NCBI GenBank assembly: GCA_021202155.1
Contig: JAJQDP010000019.1
Span: 51,084 to 115,083, forward strand
Length of the DNA stretch: 64,000 nucleotides
DNA from: Oscillospiraceae bacterium
GTDB taxonomy: Bacteria; Bacillota; Clostridia; Oscillospirales; Ruminococcaceae
Reading direction: 5' to 3'
Positions 15,590-24,323 of this stretch are shown here, in pieces. How positions within the stretch are numbered: position 1 is the stretch's first letter; each line of letters opens with the position of its first letter. The notes under the pieces were generated by a model, which saw nothing but the letters and a program-made list of their open reading frames with translations, made no database searches and was not told the DNA's origin. A program made the translations under genes and the position numbers.

Positions 15590-15619
15590 CCGGGCGGGCA
15601 GAGGCTCGCCCGGACTTTT
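15590..15619 (+). terminator. rho-independent terminator
   Basis: ccgggcg-loop-cgcccgg followed by acttttat. Confidence 0.65.
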
Positions 15620-15634
15620 ATAGGGGGGTATAGC

Positions 15635-16198
15635 ATGAAAATTAAAAATATATTGACAATATTAGCTTGCCTTGTCCTGCTCAGCGGCTGTTCCAACGTC
15701 GCTGACGCAGAAGTTACGGAGGCGAGTACAACAACCGCCGAGGTAACGACGGTCGCTGAGGTTACAACTGCTCCGGTTACCACAACCAAGGAGGTCACGA
15801 CCACCGCGGCGGCGACCACGGAGGCTACTACTGTGGAGACGACTACGGTCGCTACTACAACCACAGAGGCGACTACTACGACTCCGGCTACAACAAAGGC
15901 AACTACAGCAACTACCAAGGCAACCACAAAGGCTACCACTGCGGCGACAACTACTACCGCGGAAGAGGACGAAGTGGTTTTGGACGAGTCGGATGAGGAC
16001 GAGGTGGTGCTGGACGAGGAGGAAGCGGCGGTTACTACTGCGAGTGCGGCTTCTTCGAGCGTCACGACGACTACATACTATTACTACTATCCGACGGTCA
16101 CGACAACATCGACTACAAGTGGTTCAGGAAGCGGGAGCTCATCCACGTCTCAGAACTCGGACGGAAGCTACGAGTTGCCGGCAATTCCTATTACATAA
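15635..16198 (+). CDS. lipoprotein with a Thr-rich mucin-like low-complexity region and acidic DE(D/S)DEVVLDE repeats
   Basis: Internal ATG. Lipobox LLSGC. About 90 aa are T/A/E/V repeats (TTAEVTTVAEVTT...KATTATTKATTKATT). DEDEVVLDE occurs twice. Confidence 0.7.
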   Translation: MKIKNILTILACLVLLSGCSNVADAEVTEASTTTAEVTTVAEVTTAPVTTTKEVTTTAAATTEATTVETTTVATTTTEATTTTPATTKATTATTKATTKATTAATTTTAEEDEVVLDESDEDEVVLDEEEAAVTTASAASSSVTTTTYYYYYPTVTTTSTTSGSGSGSSSTSQNSDGSYELPAIPIT

Positions 16199-16206
16199 GG
16201 TGAACT

Positions 16207-16464
16207 ATGGGCAGAAGAAGATTAGAACCAGAAGTAAAAGCCGAGCATTATCGCCGGAGCAAGAAAATAGCGCGCAAAAAGTACTACGGAAAGACCGCGA
16301 ACCTCTATCCCCGCCACGCATGGACCGAGGAAGAGACAAAGCTGGTCATGGAGCACTCCATCCCGGACAGCGAGCTGTCAGCCAAGATAGGCAGGTCGCT
16401 AAAGGGAATCCAGGAAAAACGCCGACGCATGAAACAAGCGGAAGCGGAAAAGCTGGAAGCCTGA
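16207..16464 (+). CDS. small basic protein with weak SANT/Myb-like helix pattern (hypothetical)
   Basis: AAGGTGA RBS, 8 nt after the lipoprotein stop. AWTEEETKLVMEHSIPDSELSAKIGRSLKGIQEKRRRM sits between Lys/Arg-rich termini. Confidence 0.6.
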   Translation: MGRRRLEPEVKAEHYRRSKKIARKKYYGKTANLYPRHAWTEEETKLVMEHSIPDSELSAKIGRSLKGIQEKRRRMKQAEAEKLEA

Positions 16465-16483
16465 GAGAAATCTCGGGCTTTTT
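16460..16483 (+). terminator. rho-independent terminator (GAAA tetraloop)
   Basis: cctgaga-gaaa-tctcggg followed by cttttt. Confidence 0.7.
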
Positions 16484-16745
16484 CGCGCCTTACGGCGCGC
16501 CCCCTCAGTCTGCGTCAATGGCGCAGACAGCTCTCCCAGAGGGAGAGCCGAGAGTTGCGAGAGGCGAATCTTCTTGCCTCTCCCTTTGGGAGAGGTGGAC
16601 GCACCGTAGGTGCGGACGGAGAGGGTGCGCGACCAACGGGAGCGACGTCGCCCGCAGGGCGACTTTTGTAGGGGGCGGATATTATCCGCCCGCTACCGGG
16701 GCATCTGCGACACAACGGGCGGATAATATCCGCCCCTACACGAGC
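16484..16745. repeat. array of at least 8 consecutive short GC-rich hairpins (REP/BIME-like), including an inverted pair of the palindrome GGGCGGATAnTATCCGCCC
   Basis: The hairpins, in order: cgcgcc-ttac-ggcgcg, gtctgcgtc-aat-ggcgcagac, ctctccc-aga-gggagag, cctctccc-ttt-gggagagg, gcacc-gta-ggtgc, gtcgccc-gca-gggcgac, gtagggggcggatattatccgcccgctac (16668-16696), and its inverted copy cgggcggataatatccgcccctaca (~16716-16740). Confidence 0.7.
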
Positions 16746-16802
16746 GCAAAAAGAGTGTTTCCGTAAATTTCAACAAACCATCCGACACCTCGACAATTTT
16801 CG

Positions 16803-16831
16803 TTGACAAGACTCAAAAAATGTAGTATACT
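16803..16831 (+). promoter_or_regulatory. sigma-A-type promoter
   Basis: TTGACA, a 17-nt spacer and TATACT. Confidence 0.6.
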
Positions 16832-16891
16832 TTATACGTTGTGTGTCATTATTGTTGCACAGCAAATTAAAATAAGAAAGGGCTGTGCACA

Positions 16892-17782
16892 GTGGCAGAA
16901 GCTAAGAAAGAAAAAAAGCGTAGGGGAGACCGTAAGGATGCCTGGCTGGTAAGGGACATCGATTCGATTCATTTCATCATGCCTTATAATATCCCGGGCA
17001 GAACCGCAAACGAAGCCGTCCTGAACGAGACGATTGACATCACCCCAATTGAGGAATATCTCGCGAAGAAGAATTACGATGGAATTGAGTTCAAATATAC
17101 CTTCTTCCACGTCATTGCGGCGGCTATCGCGAAGACTATAGTTCTTCGCCCGAAGCTCAATTATTTCTTCTCGGGTCACAGACTCTGGGAGAAAAAAGAG
17201 GTTAGCATTTCGTTCACCGCAAAGAAGAAGTTCGCTGACGACGGCGGCGAGGCACTTGCAACCGTCAAGTTTGACAGAGAGGGGACTATCCCCGTCGAGC
17301 ACGTTCACGATGAAATCCAGAAGTTTGTCACCCACATAAGAACCGAGGGCAAGAATAACGACATCGGCGACATTATGGACACTCTTCAGAAGCTTCCGAA
17401 ATTCATCTTCAAGTTCATCATGTGGGCATTAAAGAAGATGGAGTACCACGGCGTCTACCCGACTGTCCTCATGAACGGCGACCCCTACTATTCAAGCTGT
17501 TTTATAACGAATTTAGGAAGCATCAAGCTTCACGCTTCCTACCATCACCTTGCTGAGTGGGGAACGAACTCGCTCTTCCTGGTCATCGGTGAGAAGAAGC
17601 CGACTGTTTTCGCGAACTCTGACGGCACAATTGAGGTTCACAACGGAATCGACCTCGGCGTAACCATCGACGAGAGAATCGCCGACGGCTACTACTATTC
17701 ACAGTCTATCAAGATTATAAGACATCTTTTGGCTCATCCCGAGCTTTTGGAGCTTCCCATCGAAACTCCGGTCGAACTTTAA
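16892..17782 (+). CDS. stand-alone 2-oxoacid dehydrogenase E2 / CAT-fold acyltransferase catalytic-domain protein
   Basis: GTG start. The C-terminal motif TIDERIADGYYYSQSIKIIRHLLAHPELL aligns with the E2 DHRxxDG motif. There is no lipoyl or subunit-binding domain. Confidence 0.7.
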   Translation: MAEAKKEKKRRGDRKDAWLVRDIDSIHFIMPYNIPGRTANEAVLNETIDITPIEEYLAKKNYDGIEFKYTFFHVIAAAIAKTIVLRPKLNYFFSGHRLWEKKEVSISFTAKKKFADDGGEALATVKFDREGTIPVEHVHDEIQKFVTHIRTEGKNNDIGDIMDTLQKLPKFIFKFIMWALKKMEYHGVYPTVLMNGDPYYSSCFITNLGSIKLHASYHHLAEWGTNSLFLVIGEKKPTVFANSDGTIEVHNGIDLGVTIDERIADGYYYSQSIKIIRHLLAHPELLELPIETPVEL

Positions 17783-17793
17783 GGAGGAAAAAT

Positions 17794-19536
17794 ATGGCAT
17801 CAGAAGTAAAAGCACCGTGGCTTAATAACTACGGAGACATCAATTTCCATCTCTCATATTACGAGGGCTCAATGTGGGAGATGGTCAGAGACGCGTCGCA
17901 CAGATACCCCGACCTCATCGCGTACCAGTTCATGGGTTCAAAGGTAAAGTACCGCGACTTTGAAAAACAGGTCTACATATGTGCAAAGGGCTTGAAGGCA
18001 ATCGGAATCAAGCCAGGGCAGAGAGTAACAATCTGTATGCCCAACTGTCCTCAGGCTGTCATCATGTTCTACGCCATCAACGTAGTCGGCGCAATCTCAA
18101 ACATGGTTCACCCGCTCTCAAGCGAGAACGAAATCGCGTTCTTCATCACTCATTCCAAGAGCGTCTGTACCCTGACCCTTGACATGTTCTACCCGAAGTT
18201 CGAGGAGATAATGAAGCACACTGAGGTCAAGAATCTCATCATCGCAAGCACCCGCGACGCTCTTTCGTTCCCGGTAACCCTTGGTTACGACCTCACCCAG
18301 GCTAAGAAGATAAAGAAGATTCCTTCCGATGCGCCGGTTATCCTCTGGAACGACTTCATGAAGAAGGGCAAGACCTATGTCGGAGATTATATCGCTCACG
18401 TCCAGAAGGAAGACCCCGCAGTAATCCTCTATAGCGGTGGAACCACCGGTACGACAAAGGGAATCCTTCTCTCAAACCTCAATTTCAACGCCCTCTCAAA
18501 GCAGTTGATGGAAACCAATCCAATGGCAGAGGTGGGCGACAAGATGCTCGCGGTCATGCCTATTTTCCACGGCTTTGGCTTGGGCGTCAGCATCCATGCA
18601 ATGCTCTCAAACGGCTGTAACTGCATACTGGTTCCCCGGTTTACCGCCGAGACCTATGCCAAGGATATAGTGAAGCACCGTTGCAACTTCATCGCCGGAG
18701 TTCCGACACTCTATGAAGCACTCCTGAGACAGCCCACCATGGACGGTGCAGACCTGAGCTGTCTTAAGGGCGTATACTCTGGTGGAGATTCTCTCTCGAT
18801 AGAGCTCAAGAAGCGTTTTGATAAATTCTTAGCCGACCACGGCGCAACAGTCTGCATCCGTGAAGGCTATGGCACTACCGAGTGCGTAACAGCAAGTTGC
18901 CTGACACCCGTTCACCTCCACAAGGAGGGTTCAATCGGTCAGCCGTTTCCCGACAACTACTACAAGATCGTCGACGTCGGAACGAATATTGAAGTCCCCT
19001 ATGGCACAGACGGTGAAATCTGCATTTCCGGTCCTACAGTTATGCTTGGCTACCTTGATCAGCCTGAGGAAACCGCAAACACTCTGAGACTTCATGGCGA
19101 CGGCAGAATCTGGCTTCACACTGGAGACCTCGGCTACATGGATGAGGACGGTTTCATCTATTTCAAGCAGAGAATCAAGCGCATGATAATCACCTCCGGC
19201 TACAACGTCTATCCGTCCCAGCTTGAAAATGTCCTTGACGGCTACGAAGCGGTTCAGATGAGCTGTATTATCGGAGTCCCTGACGATTACAAGATGCAGA
19301 AAATCAAGGCTTTCATTATGCTCAAGCCAGGCTATGAGCCGAGTGAAGAGATGAAGGAAAAGATAATGGCATACTGCAGAAAGAATATCGCGAAGTACGC
19401 TCTCCCATATGACATCGAGTTCAGGGAATCTCTTCCCAAGACACTCGTCGGTAAGGTTGCTTATCGTATTCTTGAGCAGGAGGAGTATGAAAAGTTAGGC
19501 ATTTCGACTCCGGAAAAAGAGCCTGTCAAGGTGTAA
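17794..19536 (+). CDS. AMP-dependent synthetase/ligase (long-chain acyl-CoA synthetase-like)
   Basis: AAGGAGG RBS. AMP-binding motif YSGGTTGTTKG, then GYGTTE, TGDLGYMDEDGFIYF and the C-terminal LPKTLVGKV. Confidence 0.9.
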   Translation: MASEVKAPWLNNYGDINFHLSYYEGSMWEMVRDASHRYPDLIAYQFMGSKVKYRDFEKQVYICAKGLKAIGIKPGQRVTICMPNCPQAVIMFYAINVVGAISNMVHPLSSENEIAFFITHSKSVCTLTLDMFYPKFEEIMKHTEVKNLIIASTRDALSFPVTLGYDLTQAKKIKKIPSDAPVILWNDFMKKGKTYVGDYIAHVQKEDPAVILYSGGTTGTTKGILLSNLNFNALSKQLMETNPMAEVGDKMLAVMPIFHGFGLGVSIHAMLSNGCNCILVPRFTAETYAKDIVKHRCNFIAGVPTLYEALLRQPTMDGADLSCLKGVYSGGDSLSIELKKRFDKFLADHGATVCIREGYGTTECVTASCLTPVHLHKEGSIGQPFPDNYYKIVDVGTNIEVPYGTDGEICISGPTVMLGYLDQPEETANTLRLHGDGRIWLHTGDLGYMDEDGFIYFKQRIKRMIITSGYNVYPSQLENVLDGYEAVQMSCIIGVPDDYKMQKIKAFIMLKPGYEPSEEMKEKIMAYCRKNIAKYALPYDIEFRESLPKTLVGKVAYRILEQEEYEKLGISTPEKEPVKV

Positions 19537-19548
19537 TAAAAAGCAAAG

Positions 19549-19580
19549 CGGCACAGGGTAATAAATCCTGTGCCGTTCTG
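19549..19580 (+). terminator. terminator hairpin (weak U-tract)
   Basis: cggcacagg-N9-cctgtgccg followed by ttctg. Confidence 0.55.
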
Positions 19581-19748
19581 CCTGCAAAAATATCTTGAGG
19601 TGACTTCATAATGTTGCAAATAATCTTCCAAGTAGGTGACTTTTTCTTTCAAATATATTATAATATACGTGAGACTGAAATGCAATGACGCTTTTTCATG
19701 ACTTTATTGATTTATTCTGAGATTTTGATAGAAACGGGAGAGAATGAT

Positions 19749-20681
19749 TTGAAAGAAGATAAGCTTTTTACGCCCGCCTACTTTGAAAGCTTCCACTGTC
19801 TTATGGGAGCTTGTCCCGATAGCTGTTGCAAAGCCGGCTGGGAGATACCGATTGACGATGAAACTATAGCAAAACTCCGCACCTATCCGAAGCTTGAAAT
19901 AGATAAAAATATCTGCCCTGGCTCAGATGGCGACACGGTGCTACGCGTCAACGACAATGAAATCTGCCCATACCTGACTCACGACGGCTTATGCGAAATG
20001 TACATACAGTCCGGAATGATGGGCGATGTCTGCTCGAAGCACCCGAGATTTTATGAGGAGTACTACACAGGAGATGAAATTGCCTTCACTGAAGCCGGAA
20101 TATCCGTCTCCTGCCCGGAAGCGGCAAGAATAGTTCTTTCGGCAAGCAGATCTGATTATGATTCGCTATCAAAAGTGCAGACTGACGACGATCTTCTGAA
20201 TTTCCTGCTTTCAGCAAGGGAAAAAGCCTTTGACATACCGTCCTCACAGCTTATAGCATACGGTGAACTTCTGCAGGAGGAGATAGATTTCTGCACATTT
20301 GAGCTTCCTGGGCATGAACTCACCGACAGCGAGCCAATAGACATGCCGAGTCTGTGCGATTTTATCCTCACCAAAACAGAAATCCTGACACCCGAGTGGC
20401 GCAAGCTTCTTGAAAGCTGTGGGCAGGGGAGTTTCGGGAATATACCCAAGCCGCAAAAGCAGGCACTTCTTTGGTATCTCATCTTTCGCTTCTTCCTGAA
20501 AGCTGTGAACACTGAGGACATTTTGACAGAGTGCAAGCTGATTGTAGCCTTATACGAGCTCTGCATAAGTTTATCTGAAATAAACGGAGATTTTACGGAG
20601 ACAGTAAGACTCGCTTCAAAGGAACTCGAACATGACGATTTTAACCTTGACTTGCTCAGAGACTACTTATCGCAATCTTGA
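19749..20681 (+). CDS. FliB-family Cys-rich protein (flagellin lysine-N-methylase-like)
   Basis: The N-terminal motif is FHCLMGACPDSCCKAGWEIPID. I chose the TTG start at 19749 because GGGAGAG lies 6 nt upstream. The ATG at 19698 has no RBS. Confidence 0.6.
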   Translation: MKEDKLFTPAYFESFHCLMGACPDSCCKAGWEIPIDDETIAKLRTYPKLEIDKNICPGSDGDTVLRVNDNEICPYLTHDGLCEMYIQSGMMGDVCSKHPRFYEEYYTGDEIAFTEAGISVSCPEAARIVLSASRSDYDSLSKVQTDDDLLNFLLSAREKAFDIPSSQLIAYGELLQEEIDFCTFELPGHELTDSEPIDMPSLCDFILTKTEILTPEWRKLLESCGQGSFGNIPKPQKQALLWYLIFRFFLKAVNTEDILTECKLIVALYELCISLSEINGDFTETVRLASKELEHDDFNLDLLRDYLSQS

Positions 20682-20744
20682 CTTTTTCTGAAAATGCTAT
20701 ATAATTGTAGGTAAGAAATGTTGTATATAAGGAGAGTGGACACA

Positions 20745-21863
20745 TTGAGTGAAAACAAGACTATCAAAAAATTAGGATTCGGACTTATGAGACTGCCGAT
20801 AATCGGTGACGATCATTCCAATATTGACATCGAACAGGTCAAGGTAATGGCAGACAAGTTCCTTGAGCGTGGCTTTACATACTTCGATACCGCCTATGTC
20901 TATCATGGCGGCAAGAGCGAGGTTGCATTCAGAGAGGCAGTCGTCAAGCGTCATCCAAGAGACAGCTTCACTATTACCACAAAGCTTCCTCTTTTCTCAA
21001 AGCCAAACGATGACGAGCGTGAGAACATCTTTAACGAGTCTATGACCCGCCTTGGAGTCGATTATCTTGACTACTACTGGCTTCACGCTGTCAATAAGGA
21101 CATCTACGAGTATATTGAGAAGACAGACGCGTTCGGTTATATCCAAAGAAAGCGCGACGAGGGCAAAATCAGGCACATCGGATTCTCGTTCCATGACAGT
21201 CCTGAGACCCTTGAGAAGATTCTGACAGACCACCCTGAGGTCGAATATGTCCAGCTTCAGATTAATTATCTTGACTGGGAGGACGCTTGGGTAAGAAGCC
21301 GTCGTTGCTATGAGGTCGCTACCACTTTCGGCAAGCCGGTTATAGTTATGGAGCCTGTAAAGGGCGGAGCATTGGCAAGACTTCCTAAGACAGCTTCCAA
21401 GATTTTTGACGAGTACGACCCCACTAAGTCCTATGCTTCATGGGCTATAAGATATTGCGCATCTCTCCCGAATGTGATGACTGTTTTGAGCGGAATGAGC
21501 GACATCCAGCAGGTTGAGGACAACACCTCATACATGCAGAACTTCGAGCCCCTAAGTGAGAAGGACTATGAAGTCATCGCTAAGGTCAGCGAAAACCTCA
21601 AGTTCGCAATCCCGTGCACAGCCTGCCGCTACTGCACCGACGGTTGCCCGATGAGTATCCCGATTCCTGACCTTTTCGCGCACTATAACGAATACAAGCG
21701 CGACATGCGCAAGCTCCACGAGATAAAGGATAAGTATGCCGAGACGGTCAGGAACACTGGCAAGGCGAGCGACTGCATCTCCTGCCGCCAGTGCACCGAA
21801 CACTGCCCCCAGAACCTTGACATCCCGACTCTTCTGAGCGAATGTGTAACCGAACTCGAATAA
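20745..21863 (+). CDS. aldo/keto reductase with a C-terminal 4Fe-4S ferredoxin-type domain
   Basis: LGFGLMRLP, FDTAYVYHGGKSE and the rest of the AKR fold. The C-terminal Cys clusters are CTACRYCTDGCP and CISCRQCTEHCP. I chose the TTG start because AAGGAGAG lies 8 nt upstream. The alternative ATG is at 20718. Confidence 0.85.
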   Translation: MSENKTIKKLGFGLMRLPIIGDDHSNIDIEQVKVMADKFLERGFTYFDTAYVYHGGKSEVAFREAVVKRHPRDSFTITTKLPLFSKPNDDERENIFNESMTRLGVDYLDYYWLHAVNKDIYEYIEKTDAFGYIQRKRDEGKIRHIGFSFHDSPETLEKILTDHPEVEYVQLQINYLDWEDAWVRSRRCYEVATTFGKPVIVMEPVKGGALARLPKTASKIFDEYDPTKSYASWAIRYCASLPNVMTVLSGMSDIQQVEDNTSYMQNFEPLSEKDYEVIAKVSENLKFAIPCTACRYCTDGCPMSIPIPDLFAHYNEYKRDMRKLHEIKDKYAETVRNTGKASDCISCRQCTEHCPQNLDIPTLLSECVTELE

Positions 21864-21872
21864 ACTATCGTG

Positions 21873-21908
21873 ACTCCCTTTCTTATCCGTGGGAAAGGGA
21901 GTTTTTTC
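21873..21908 (+). terminator. rho-independent terminator
   Basis: actccctttc-loop-gaaagggagt followed by tttttc. Confidence 0.8.
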
Positions 21909-22009
21909 TGCTTAATTTTGAAGCGAAAAATATTTTATTCTTTCGTAAGTTCCTATTGAAATGACTGCAGGAATACTGTAAAATAGTTCCCAAGAAGGGA
22001 GTGTTCTTT

Positions 22010-24298
22010 ATGACACATGAATATGAAAGGAAGCAGATATGGCTCGATCATCCTGCACCCACCAGGGACGAGAAGGACTATAACGGCGAAGGCTGGAACG
22101 AGGCATACCCCATCGGAAACAGCCGAATCGGCGGAATGATTTACGGCGACCCGGAGTTTGACATCATCCAGCTCAACGAGGAAACCATCTGGAACCGCAA
22201 GGGCGTAATTGAGCGTTATAATCCGAAGTCCAAGGACGCCTATAAGAAAATCCGCCAACTCCTTTTGGAGGGAAAAATAGGGGAGGCTACTGAGCTCGAA
22301 ATCTCCGACATGTACCCTCACCCTCAGGACGGAAGCCATTATGACACAGCAGGCTTCCTGATGATAGGCTTCAATCACAAGGGCTATTCCGACTATAAGC
22401 GTGTCTTGGATTTGGAGGATGCCGTCTGCACGGTCACCTATAAGTCGGAAGGTCACGCCTATGAGCGTGAATATTTCGTCAGTGCGCCCGACAACGTTCT
22501 ATGTATGCATGAATCCTCAATCGATTGCGGCAAAACCTCCATGAAGATTGATTTCTCATGTCTTACAGCCGGCGATTTTATTGGTAGCTCACTTGACGAA
22601 AATGGCGTTTATCTCCATTACAGAGAAAGAGACGAAGGCTGTGACTATATTATAGCTATCTCCTGTGATACTGTCGGCGGAATGTCAAAGCTCACTGAGA
22701 CTGAGCTGAGTGTCTACGACGCCGACGAGGTCACTATGTATCTGACCATAAGAACCGACTTCCACGGCGAGGATATTCACGCATGGTGCTGGGCTGTTCT
22801 TGAGAATGCAATGGCTCTTGGTTATCAGGCTGTTAAAGCACGCCACATTGCAGACTATAAGACCTATTTTGACAGAGTCAGCCTTAATATCGATGATGAA
22901 GCCAATCACGATGGCGTTCCGACCGACGTTCGCCTGAATGCCTGCTGGGGTGCACCGGACAATAACTTAGTCGGGCTCTACTTCGATTTCGGACGCTATC
23001 TGATGATTTCCTGCTCTCGTCAGGGAACAAAGCCGGCAAATCTTCAGGGCATCTGGAACAAGGATTTCTTCCCAGCATGGGGTTCGCGCTATACTATCAA
23101 CATCAACGCCGAAATGAACTACTGGTGTGCCGAAAACTGCAACCTTTCCGACTGCCATATGGCACTTTTGGAGCATCTGAAAGTCATGCTCCCGAATGGC
23201 GAGAAGATTGCTAAAGAGATGTACGGCATCGAGGGCTTTGTTGCTCACCACAACACCGACCTGTTCGGAGACTGTGCGCCGCAGGACAACTGGATTTCCG
23301 CTACAATCTGGGCTACAGGAGCCGCCTGGCTCTGCACCCACATCTGGACTCATTATGAGTTCACGCTTGATAAAGAATTCCTCCGCGAATATCTTCCGAT
23401 TATGAAGCGTGCCTGTGTATTCATGAAGAACTACCTCTTCGAGTACGAAGGAAAGCTGATGACCGGACCTTCGCTCTCACCCGAGAACACATACACTCAC
23501 TCTTCCGGCGAGCAGGGACAGATATGCGTCGGTCCTACAATGGACACGATGATTGTAAGAGATTTATTCACCGACTGTATAAAGGCTTCAGAGGTGCTTG
23601 ACAATGAGGACGACCTGACTGATGTACTTCGTGAAATGCTTCCCAAGCTTCCCGAAAACAAGATAGGCAAGCATGGGCAGATTATGGAGTGGACAGAGGA
23701 TTATGACGAAACCGAGATTGGTCACCGCCACATCTCCCAGCTCTACGGTCTTTATCCTTCTTCCCAGCTTACATACGAGAAGACTCCCGAGCTTATGAAA
23801 GCAGCACAGGCGACTATCGAGAGACGACTCAGCCACGGCGGAGGTCATACCGGTTGGAGCAGAGCATGGATTATAAACATGTGGGCGCGTCTCAGAAATG
23901 GCAACGAGGCGGGAAAGCACTTGGACCATCTCTTCTTCGGCTCAACATATCCGAACTGCTTCGACAAGCACTCACCCTTCCAGATTGACGGAAACTTCGG
24001 CGGAACGGCGGGAATCGCTGAGATGCTTCTGCAGTCTCACGACAACCTGATAAGACCTCTTCCCGCAATCCCCGACCACTGGAAGTCAGGAGAAGTCAGG
24101 GGCTTGAAGGCGAGGGGAGACGTGACAGTCAATATGAGCTGGCGAGATGGCAAGGTTTATGAAGCCGAGCTCATTGTAAATCAGGGCGGAAAGGTTAATC
24201 TTTTGGTGCCTGAGGGCTTCGGAGAAGGTACAGCTACCTTCGAGAAGGATTCTCCATACAAAATTGTTCTTCGGAATGGCAAAATGGAACTTATATAA
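22010..24298 (+). CDS. glycoside hydrolase family 95 (alpha-L-fucosidase-type)
   Basis: YTININAEMNYW (the GH95 N-x-N catalytic motif), GHRHISQLYGLYP and GNFGGTAGIAEML. GGGAG RBS before the ATG at 22010. Confidence 0.88.
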   Translation: MTHEYERKQIWLDHPAPTRDEKDYNGEGWNEAYPIGNSRIGGMIYGDPEFDIIQLNEETIWNRKGVIERYNPKSKDAYKKIRQLLLEGKIGEATELEISDMYPHPQDGSHYDTAGFLMIGFNHKGYSDYKRVLDLEDAVCTVTYKSEGHAYEREYFVSAPDNVLCMHESSIDCGKTSMKIDFSCLTAGDFIGSSLDENGVYLHYRERDEGCDYIIAISCDTVGGMSKLTETELSVYDADEVTMYLTIRTDFHGEDIHAWCWAVLENAMALGYQAVKARHIADYKTYFDRVSLNIDDEANHDGVPTDVRLNACWGAPDNNLVGLYFDFGRYLMISCSRQGTKPANLQGIWNKDFFPAWGSRYTININAEMNYWCAENCNLSDCHMALLEHLKVMLPNGEKIAKEMYGIEGFVAHHNTDLFGDCAPQDNWISATIWATGAAWLCTHIWTHYEFTLDKEFLREYLPIMKRACVFMKNYLFEYEGKLMTGPSLSPENTYTHSSGEQGQICVGPTMDTMIVRDLFTDCIKASEVLDNEDDLTDVLREMLPKLPENKIGKHGQIMEWTEDYDETEIGHRHISQLYGLYPSSQLTYEKTPELMKAAQATIERRLSHGGGHTGWSRAWIINMWARLRNGNEAGKHLDHLFFGSTYPNCFDKHSPFQIDGNFGGTAGIAEMLLQSHDNLIRPLPAIPDHWKSGEVRGLKARGDVTVNMSWRDGKVYEAELIVNQGGKVNLLVPEGFGEGTATFEKDSPYKIVLRNGKMELI

Positions 24299-24323
24299 TC
24301 TTTAAAGAAAAAGGTGCTTTATT

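Noticed and set aside
15577-16065. 162-aa minus-strand ORF (VVVA-rich)
   Set aside because: It is the antisense mirror of the Thr/Ala-rich repeat coding region. The low-complexity sequence keeps the opposite frame open. There is no RBS or start context.
16484-16745. Possible CRISPR array
   Set aside because: The hairpins all differ in sequence. There is no constant repeat alternating with unique spacers of regular length, and no cas genes are present in the window. A REP/BIME-like palindromic cluster describes it better.
15993-16766. 257-aa Arg/Pro/Gly-rich ORF in the track
   Set aside because: It is the out-of-frame reading of the Thr-rich lipoprotein and SANT-like genes, continued through the GC-rich hairpin array. 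It has no RBS, a low-complexity composition, and overlaps better-supported genes and two terminators.
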